64,000 nucleotides of DNA from Candidatus Omnitrophota bacterium. GTDB lineage: Bacteria > Omnitrophota > Gorgyraeia > Zapsychrales > Fredricksoniimonadaceae. Below the pieces are notes generated by a model. It searched no databases, was not told the DNA's origin, and worked only from the letters and a program-made list of their open reading frames with translations. Location: positions 2,411-66,410 of the forward strand of contig CAIVRE010000011.1 of NCBI GenBank assembly GCA_903908245.1, written 5' to 3'. The position numbers and the translations under genes are program-made. Positions 57,235 through 64,000 of this stretch are shown piece after piece (the stretch's first letter is position 1; every line of letters starts with the position of its first letter).

Positions 57235-59296
57235 TGCGTGGGGTCTCCATTAACGGGAGCAATATTGTCGCAACCGTTCCCTGGCCCAATTTGCTCGTGA
57301 ATGTTAATTTGCCTTTATGCGCCTTGATGATCCCGTAACAGATCGCAAGCCCAAGCCCTGTTCCGGTCTCTTTGGTCGTAAAGAATGGTTCCATGATCTT
57401 GCGCAGGACATCGTCCGGCATGCCCTGGCCCGTGTCCTTGAAATCGATCCGCAAGTAGCCGCCTTCCGAAGAAGTGGTGACCGTAATGATCCCGCCTTCC
57501 GGCATGGCTTCTTTGGCGTTGTTGAGAAGGTTCATGAATACTTCCTGGATCTGCTGTTCATCCGCTTGCACAATAGCCTCTTTGTCCATGTATTGCCGCA
57601 GGATCTGCACATTTTCGACCAGGAGGAACTGCTTCTCAAGCATGCAGATGAAGCTTTCGATGCTCTGGCGGATATCCATTTCCTTGAGCTCTCCCCGGCT
57701 CGGCCGGGAGAATCGCAGGACCCTGCGGATAACATTCTTGGCCCGTTGGCATTCTTTTATAATGATATCCAGATTATTTCTTTCCTCATCGTTGATCGAT
57801 TCCGACATCAGCGAAAGCTGTGCATTTCCGGAAATGATCATCAATGGATTATTGACCTCGTGGGCGATCTCGGAGATCAGCCGGCCCAGAGAGGCCAGCT
57901 TTTCAGACTGGATGAGCATGTTCTGTGAGGCCTTTAATTCCATCAGGTTCTGCTCCAGGTCTTTTCGGGCCTTGTTATTGTCTTCCAGCATGCTGATCAT
58001 GATCCGGCGGGCCTTGATGGACTCTTTAAGCGCGTTCTTCAGTTCCCGTTCCTGCTGGTCGATCTTTTCCTGCGCCTGTTTCTGGTCAGTGATATCTCTG
58101 ATGATCCCGACAATGAATTTATTGCCGGAGTTGTCCGTGTATAAAGTTTTCTTTGTGACAATAAGATTGATCTTTCCGCTCGCGTTTGTGAACAACTCTT
58201 TGTTGATCACTTCGGCTCCGTTCGTGAAGACTTCTTCATCTTTGTTCCAGAAAACATCCGCTTGTTCTTTGGGGAAGAAATCATGGTCAGACTTCCCCTG
58301 GATCTCCTCGGGTTTGCGCTCCATTAGTCCGGAAAAAGCAGGATTGAACAATACCCAGCGATGGGATTTATCTTTGACGAATATCGGGTCAGCCACGGCA
58401 TTGATGATCTTTTCCAGATGTTCCCGGGATGCGGTCGTCTGGCCTTCCATTTCTTTGCGTTTGATATCTGAACGATTTAACATGACCGAGAACGAATAAA
58501 TAAAGATCGTCAGTAAAGAAAGGTTTCCCATGATAACCAGTAACACGCCGAACTCATTGTTGAACAGGCTGGATCTTTCAGCGGACAATTTCAGCAATTC
58601 CATGCCGATCGGGATAAGGATCGCCACTGGAAGGATGCGGCGCAGCATCCTTCCTCCTGCAAGGTCGCAGGTGACCTGGACCATCAGGCCGCTGTCAGGG
58701 CGAAGGAACAATATTCCGAACGCGGCCAGGATAAGCAGGACCGTGGTATGAAGAGGCATCGCTGTGTTGAGCTGCTGGCCGATATAGAGAGGGGGCTTTC
58801 CGTAACAATAAGCGATCAGGCTCAAGATGGCGATGCAGGTGACAGCAAGGGCGCAAGACTGCATGATATAACTGGGCCATGGTTTTTTCGGGCTTGAGAA
58901 CAGCAATGAAATGCCGATCAGTATAAAACAGATCGCGCCAGGGAAGGCTATTCTTTCGGGGGTTATCAGGCTGATCGTTAGCAGCACAGATACGGATAAT
59001 CCGGCGGTAAGGCGAAAGTTCGGGCTGTTGATCCGTTTTGTCTGCAGGCACCACAGCGCCGCTCCGGTCAGAATGAAACAGAGCGCCGTATTGGCTTTCA
59101 TGGCGACTATTTCAGGGATAACATTTTTTAATGCCGGGATGTCCCCTACCCGGCCAAGGAGCCCGGCGCATCCGCTGAAAAAGACCAGGATACTGATGGC
59201 TTCGGAAGCGGTTCTCGTTATTTCAACGCTGCGCCCGGCTGGCGGGGTATCTTTCGTGCGAGAAAGAAGCGCATCGTTAACAATTGCCATGGCCAT
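57227..59296 (-). CDS. Membrane PAS sensor histidine kinase (NtrB-like transmitter)
   Basis: TM region, PAS ending DITDQK, AHEVNNPL, NLLNNA, DTGQG, PFFTTK, GTGLGL. Confidence 0.93.
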   Translation of the reverse strand: MAMAIVNDALLSRTKDTPPAGRSVEITRTASEAISILVFFSGCAGLLGRVGDIPALKNVIPEIVAMKANTALCFILTGAALWCLQTKRINSPNFRLTAGLSVSVLLTISLITPERIAFPGAICFILIGISLLFSSPKKPWPSYIMQSCALAVTCIAILSLIAYCYGKPPLYIGQQLNTAMPLHTTVLLILAAFGILFLRPDSGLMVQVTCDLAGGRMLRRILPVAILIPIGMELLKLSAERSSLFNNEFGVLLVIMGNLSLLTIFIYSFSVMLNRSDIKRKEMEGQTTASREHLEKIINAVADPIFVKDKSHRWVLFNPAFSGLMERKPEEIQGKSDHDFFPKEQADVFWNKDEEVFTNGAEVINKELFTNASGKINLIVTKKTLYTDNSGNKFIVGIIRDITDQKQAQEKIDQQERELKNALKESIKARRIMISMLEDNNKARKDLEQNLMELKASQNMLIQSEKLASLGRLISEIAHEVNNPLMIISGNAQLSLMSESINDEERNNLDIIIKECQRAKNVIRRVLRFSRPSRGELKEMDIRQSIESFICMLEKQFLLVENVQILRQYMDKEAIVQADEQQIQEVFMNLLNNAKEAMPEGGIITVTTSSEGGYLRIDFKDTGQGMPDDVLRKIMEPFFTTKETGTGLGLAICYGIIKAHKGKLTFTSKLGQGTVATILLPLMETPRNG

Positions 59297-60360
59297 TATG
59301 TCCTTAATATATATTTGTCAACCAATTTGGCGCTGCCCGATGGCATCGGATATTTCTTTAAGTCTTTTTTGCTAACCAGCTGTAACCGGCTTGTTTGCCG
59401 GATATTTTCTTCACAGGAGCAGTCAAAGGCTGTGAGTTTTACTTTGAATTGCGTATAGTAATGAACAACTTGTGCTATTTTACTATGGACACACACTTTA
59501 AGTCCAGTTTCTTCAAGGACTTCACGTTTTAAGGCCTCCTGAGGGCTTTGGTCTTGCGGTTCGATCTTCCCTCCGGGGAATTCCCAAAGGCCGGCCAAAA
59601 GCCCTTTCTCGGGCCGTTGCCGGATAAGGATTTTATTCTTGACCTGAATGATCGCCACCACAGCTTCGATCTTTTTAATGATCTTGATCTTAGGTTCCGG
59701 AATAAGTTCCTGGATCCCCCTCGCGTACGCTTTGCAGAACGGCCGGACCGGGCATTGATTGCATAGCGGCTCATTAGACCGGCATATCAACGCGCCCAGC
59801 TCCATCATCGCCTGGTTGAAATGGCCCGGATGTCGGGCAGGAATAATGGAGCTTAGCCGGTTCAAGATGCGCCGGTCGTATTGTGTCGATGCCTTGGCCC
59901 TGATCGCGAGGACCCTCATCATGACACGACGGACATTGGCGTCCACCAGTGGCACCGGGCGGTTGAACGCGATACTCGCGACCGCGGCGGCCGTATATGG
60001 CCCAAATCCGGGAAGTTCTTGCAATTCATCGGCGGTATCCGGGAGTTGTCCTTTATTTGTCGCCACCAGAAGCTGCGCGCATTTCAGGAGGTTCCGTGCC
60101 CTGCTGTAATAGCCGAGCCCTTGCCATTCTTTAAGGACCCCTTGTTCACTGGAACTGGCCAGAGTCTGGATTGAGGGATAGACGTTTAACCATTGTTCGT
60201 AACGGTTCAAGATGGCGGCGACTGTTGTCTGTTGCAGCATGATCTCCGAGATCCAGACACGATACGGGTCGGCACGGCCTTTTAAGACGCGCCAGGGCAT
60301 CGCGCGCGCGTTCTTCAGGAACCATTGAACGAGCCGGGTAGAAAATAAATGGTCAGGCAT
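59296..60360 (-). CDS. mutY: A/G-specific adenine glycosylase with C-terminal Nudix domain
   Basis: WISEIMLQQT, WQGLGYYSRARN, LPGFGPYTA, VDANVRRV; Fe-S motif C-x6-C-x2-C-x5-C; WEFPGG...REVLEETG. Confidence 0.95.
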   Translation of the reverse strand: MPDHLFSTRLVQWFLKNARAMPWRVLKGRADPYRVWISEIMLQQTTVAAILNRYEQWLNVYPSIQTLASSSEQGVLKEWQGLGYYSRARNLLKCAQLLVATNKGQLPDTADELQELPGFGPYTAAAVASIAFNRPVPLVDANVRRVMMRVLAIRAKASTQYDRRILNRLSSIIPARHPGHFNQAMMELGALICRSNEPLCNQCPVRPFCKAYARGIQELIPEPKIKIIKKIEAVVAIIQVKNKILIRQRPEKGLLAGLWEFPGGKIEPQDQSPQEALKREVLEETGLKVCVHSKIAQVVHYYTQFKVKLTAFDCSCEENIRQTSRLQLVSKKDLKKYPMPSGSAKLVDKYILRT

Positions 60361-61198
60361 GGATCATCCGCACATAATGCGGGGATGTGCTGATACGGAG
60401 GGTTTTCCCGAATGTCAGGGGATATTTGATATGAGCTCCATCGAGAAAGACGCGGCCGTGAGACATCCGTGATGTGATGTCGATCGACGCGCCGGTTCTT
60501 ATCCGGCCGCCGTTCAGTTTGTATGCTGTCCCTATCCCGTGATAAAGCTCACGGGGTTTATACTGGATGTTTTTACTGCCCAAAGGCAGTTTGACCCCGC
60601 CGGCGGAAGAAATGGCGCCGGTAGATCCCGCCGCCGAAGAAAACCATACGCCGGAGCTGCGTTGTTCTTCAAAGGCCCGGCCGACCGCCAGGCTGTAACG
60701 GCTCATGGCGGCCGGATTGGCATGGCAGACCAGGATGTCATTGAGGCATTCAACGGTCCGGGGAGGTTTTTCGTCAAGGAAAGTGGCGCGCAGTTTATAG
60801 ACTTTCTTGAAATGCGGCGTGGCCAATGTTTGGCGCAAGACCCTTTCAAATGAATCCGCATCGGCTACGCAGAATTGCCCCACGCTCCATGTGGGATCGG
60901 AGTTTACCCCCAGGATCAGCTGTTCTTCTGTTGCCGGTCGGGCAGCGTCCAGGAATGTTCCGTCCCCCCCGACAGTGATGATCAGCCCGCATTGCTGACG
61001 ATTGCAGGAAGAACCTCTTAACTGAAGGCAATGATCGATGCCCAGGACTTTCAGGATCATTTCGACTTTTCGCAAAGCGGCATAATGGCAGGCATGGTTT
61101 TGGCGGAACCGTGCGTTAGCGGCGGCGATCGATGTCCCGGCCGCGAGCAACGGGCTGCGTTTGTAAATGATCAGCGCTTTAAAGTTCTTTTTGTTCAT
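60353..61198 (-). CDS. NAD(H) kinase
   Basis: GGDGTFL, GVNSDP, LND, SSGVWFSSAAGSTGA..SAGG. Confidence 0.88.
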   Translation of the reverse strand: MNKKNFKALIIYKRSPLLAAGTSIAAANARFRQNHACHYAALRKVEMILKVLGIDHCLQLRGSSCNRQQCGLIITVGGDGTFLDAARPATEEQLILGVNSDPTWSVGQFCVADADSFERVLRQTLATPHFKKVYKLRATFLDEKPPRTVECLNDILVCHANPAAMSRYSLAVGRAFEEQRSSGVWFSSAAGSTGAISSAGGVKLPLGSKNIQYKPRELYHGIGTAYKLNGGRIRTGASIDITSRMSHGRVFLDGAHIKYPLTFGKTLRISTSPHYVRMIHA

Positions 61199-61860
61199 TT
61201 CTTGTCCAGGGCTTTCTGCAGGACTCCGGAAAGGCTTTTGAGGTCTTTAAAGGTCCTGTCCGCGCCCTTAAGATATTTTGCAGGCAAGGAAGTGGAAACA
61301 GCGTAACATTTTATCCCGGCCGCTTTGGCGGACATTATACCAAAAGGAGCGTTCTCTATGACAATAGCTTCTTCTCCGCTGATCTTAAGGGCTTTGAGTG
61401 CGTTAAGATAAGGCTCCGGATGCGGCTTTCCCAATAGGACATCGCTGCCCGTGACGGTGGCTTCGAACATGGCCAGAAGTTTTTTTGGCATTGTTCGTTC
61501 AACCTCATGGCGGGAGGTCCCTGTTACCAGGGCTAATCGAACGCCATTATGATAAAGCTTTTTGATGAGCGTCCTTGATCCGGGAATGAACCGCTGGCGG
61601 ATGATCTGTTTAAAAAATCGTTCTTTATCATCAATGATCCGCTGAGCCTGGCTGGTAGATATGGTCATTGCGCTCTGCGCGAATATTTCACGGATACTTT
61701 CCGTCCCCTTTTGCCCTTCCCGGCTATAAATATCGAATTTTGATACGGTTAGACCGTTATTACGAAGTATCTTGCGCCATGCACGGAAATGATAGGGCAT
61801 GGTGTCGGTAATGACGCCGTCCATGTCAAACATAACGGCTTTTAGAGTGGTTTTTTCCAT
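61195..61860 (-). CDS. HAD-IA hydrolase (beta-phosphoglucomutase-like)
   Basis: FDMDGVI, GKPHPEPY, IENAPFG. Confidence 0.88.
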   Translation of the reverse strand: MEKTTLKAVMFDMDGVITDTMPYHFRAWRKILRNNGLTVSKFDIYSREGQKGTESIREIFAQSAMTISTSQAQRIIDDKERFFKQIIRQRFIPGSRTLIKKLYHNGVRLALVTGTSRHEVERTMPKKLLAMFEATVTGSDVLLGKPHPEPYLNALKALKISGEEAIVIENAPFGIMSAKAAGIKCYAVSTSLPAKYLKGADRTFKDLKSLSGVLQKALDKK

Positions 61861-61875
61861 TCGTGCAGTATTTTT

Positions 61876-62346
61876 TTAATGCGTCTTTTGCGTGCGGGAT
61901 TTCTGTTGGCGTTTGAGCTCTCTGAGCTCCTTTTCGCGTTTCTTTTTCATATCGGATATTTGTTTGTCGCGGACCCGTTTTTCATTGGCCAGGGCTTTAA
62001 CGCGGTTTTCTTCGATCTTGGCGATCTCGTTGGCTTTCTTTTGGCGAGCCCTCTCAGCTGCCGCAGTGCTTTTTTCGAGCTTGGCACGTTCTTTATCCTG
62101 TGCTGTCTTGGCTTCAATGGCTGCTTTACGTGAATCTTCCCATTTTAACAGAAAATCTTTTCTGGATGCTGCCGTGACATCGTACCAGGAAAAGCCTGTT
62201 TCATTCTGGAACTTGAGGCGTGCGGATGCCGGTGCGGTCAACAGGTCTTGACCGTAAAGAGATTCAAGCGCGACCCCATCCGCCAGGCATGGCTTCCAAG
62301 GGGCTAAAAAAAACAAGAAAATGATCGTTACGAGCAGATTCTTCAT
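61876..62346 (-). CDS. Hypothetical secreted protein with charged coiled-coil C-terminus
   Basis: Signal-peptide-like N-terminus; K/E/R-rich helix. Confidence 0.65.
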   Translation of the reverse strand: MKNLLVTIIFLFFLAPWKPCLADGVALESLYGQDLLTAPASARLKFQNETGFSWYDVTAASRKDFLLKWEDSRKAAIEAKTAQDKERAKLEKSTAAAERARQKKANEIAKIEENRVKALANEKRVRDKQISDMKKKREKELRELKRQQKSRTQKTH

Positions 62347-62394
62347 AATAAAAGTATAACACAACATGTTTTAAAAGGCATATTCAGGGAGAAT

Positions 62395-63354
62395 TTAAAG
62401 AATGCCTAAAGGCGTAGCATCTTTAACAAAGAACTTCAGGACAGCGGAAGAAGTGCTTCCGTCCGGCCATTGTGCGATCAGATTGATCAAATATTCTCCG
62501 GGGGTTTGATCCAGGGGGACATTGATGTCATAAACGTTATTGGTTTTTGGCGACGGATCATTATAAGTATTATTTAAAGCGATCAAAATGATGTTCTTGG
62601 GCAGTTGCCTTCCGGAAACCGTTACTTCCACTCGTGCGGACTGGCCCTGGTCCCAGACCACCCCCGGGTCAGGAGATACGATCTTGATCTCAAAAGGGCC
62701 GGAGAGCACAGGTTCCGGAAAACTGGAGGCGGGCTGTATTGTTTGGGCGGAGGTTTCCCTGGCAGAGACCGGTTCGGGCCCCGGCCCCTGTTCGGGTATC
62801 TGGTCGCGCTCAAATACCAGTTCTACCGGCCGTGAAAGCTTGAGGGATTGTGATGCGATAAGGAGTTTCAGGGTCCTTGCTTTTGCGATAGGGGCTTCAA
62901 AGAAGAGCGTTTCTCCGTATTGCTCTCCCGGGTATAAGCTTGGGAAATTCTTGGAAACGGACAAGACCGCGGTTTTGTAATTATCGGGCTTTCTCATTGC
63001 CCGGTAACGGTTCCCGAATTCATCGAACAATTGATATTCGATCGTTTCGTCCAGGTCGATCTTTTTTGATTCGTTGGTATTATTGATGGTAAAGGAGACC
63101 GCGATATAGGAAAGGACTTCCCCGGTATTGTCGGGATGTTCAACCATATCATTGATCATGTGATGCCGCGGTTTTGCCCATTCCCCGCTGGAGATCCGGA
63201 CGATATTAAAAGACAGCCCGTCGATATTCACGGGATGGGCGGCAAGGACGGGCAAAGAAAAGGCAAAGGTCAGAAGCGCGAACGCAAGAATGCGCGTATT
63301 TTTGTATGGGCGGGCCATATTTTTTTTCATTGATTTTAGTATAACAAAAGGCAA
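62395..63354 (-). CDS. Hypothetical secreted protein, DUF4352-like beta-sandwich plus Ig-like domain
   Basis: Signal peptide; YQLFDEFGNRY...LYPGE...LFFE; Pro-rich linker; second beta-rich domain. Start uncertain. Confidence 0.6.
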   Translation of the reverse strand: MPFVILKSMKKNMARPYKNTRILAFALLTFAFSLPVLAAHPVNIDGLSFNIVRISSGEWAKPRHHMINDMVEHPDNTGEVLSYIAVSFTINNTNESKKIDLDETIEYQLFDEFGNRYRAMRKPDNYKTAVLSVSKNFPSLYPGEQYGETLFFEAPIAKARTLKLLIASQSLKLSRPVELVFERDQIPEQGPGPEPVSARETSAQTIQPASSFPEPVLSGPFEIKIVSPDPGVVWDQGQSARVEVTVSGRQLPKNIILIALNNTYNDPSPKTNNVYDINVPLDQTPGEYLINLIAQWPDGSTSSAVLKFFVKDATPLGIL

Positions 63355-63388
63355 TAATACTCACAATAAACAAGTTGGATTTTATTCT

Positions 63389-63958
63389 ATGCCGGCTATC
63401 AACCTATCCGACGACAAGACGGTCCTCCTGCATACCTGCTGTGCGCCATGCAGCTGCGCGATCATTGAGCAACTTTTATCTGAAGGTATCCGTCCGGACC
63501 TGTTCTTCTATAATCCCAATGTGCATCCTTTTGATGAATATCTTCAGCGCAAAGCTTCGGTCATCGCGTATGCCCGTAAAAAGAAGCTTGATCTTATTGA
63601 CGCGGATTATGACCCGGAAACCTGGCTTGCCCTTGTTAAAGGTTTTGAGAATGAACCGGAACGCGGCAAGCGCTGTTCCATTTGTTTCGATATTCGGCTG
63701 AAGAAGACGGCTGAATATGCCAGTACGCATCAATACAAGCTCTTTGCGACCACTAATGGCATAAGCCGCTGGAAAGATATGGATCAGGTGAATCATTCCG
63801 GCCGCCTGGCGGCCTTGCCTTATTCAGGGTTAGCCTTTCTTGACCGCAACTGGCGTTTGGACCATGCCCAGGCCAAAGCTTCACGCATTACCAAAGAAGA
63901 ACAATTTCATACTCAGAACTATTGCGGTTGTATTTTTTCTTTTCGGCCAGGCAAATAA
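63389..63958 (+). CDS. queH: Epoxyqueuosine reductase QueH
   Basis: LLHTCCAPC, FYNPNVHP, EPERGKRCSICF, QNYCGCIFS. Confidence 0.92.
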   Translation: MPAINLSDDKTVLLHTCCAPCSCAIIEQLLSEGIRPDLFFYNPNVHPFDEYLQRKASVIAYARKKKLDLIDADYDPETWLALVKGFENEPERGKRCSICFDIRLKKTAEYASTHQYKLFATTNGISRWKDMDQVNHSGRLAALPYSGLAFLDRNWRLDHAQAKASRITKEEQFHTQNYCGCIFSFRPGK

Positions 63959-63991
63959 AAAACCCCATTTCTGTATTGAAACGGGGTTTTT
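63958..63991 (+). terminator. Intrinsic terminator after queH
   Basis: AAAAACCCCATTTC-TGTATT-GAAACGGGGTTTTT. Confidence 0.7.
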
Positions 63992-64000
63992 ACAGCCAAA

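Noticed and set aside
57474-58499. 341-aa Ser-rich plus-strand ORF
   Set aside because: Antisense mirror of the histidine kinase.
41411-59296. Intact genomic island or prophage integrated at dif
   Set aside because: No integrase, phage genes or second direct-repeat dif copy found by eye. The content may be accessory, but a mobile element cannot be supported.
1-64000. CRISPR arrays, tRNA, rRNA, transposases
   Set aside because: No regularly spaced repeats, RNA gene signatures or transposase motifs recognised. Intergenic gaps are mostly too short.

Overview
This is a gene-dense bacterial chromosomal window, probably from Candidatus Omnitrophota (inferred from the architecture of the 1.5-kaa protein at 2.3-6.8 kb). 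It appears to span the replication terminus: a 28-bp dif (XerCD) site sits at 41383-41410, and genes are mostly on + to its left and on - to its right. Left of dif are the end of a menaquinone operon (menC-menE-thioesterase), a large secreted protein carrying a degenerate glycogen-synthase-like domain, ilvBN, a ferredoxin, an HpnJ-like radical SAM enzyme, and a ~24.5-kb run of 21 abutting + strand genes. That run begins with acnA-leuCD-ilvD-aroC and continues into an unusual sugar-tailoring cluster. Together with the neighbouring genes to 41.3 kb, the cluster has 7 radical SAM enzymes (4 B12-binding, 3 SPASM/twitch), a split transketolase, SDRs, a GT2, an epimerase, a PHP protein and two GT-C-type membrane glycosyltransferases. 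Right of dif are an Fe-alcohol dehydrogenase, an RsmH-family gene, coiled-coil proteins and an uncharacterised envelope-modification-like operon (hydrolase, HAD phosphatase, class III aminotransferase, GNAT, two ArnE/F-like transporters, Spy/CpxP). This operon has a PmrA-type box in its promoter and lies next to an OmpR-family two-component system. Further right are a GH26 hydrolase, signalling proteins, mutY, NAD kinase, a HAD phosphatase and queH. No rRNA, tRNA, CRISPR array or transposase was recognised. All product calls come from motif recognition by eye, not from database searches.
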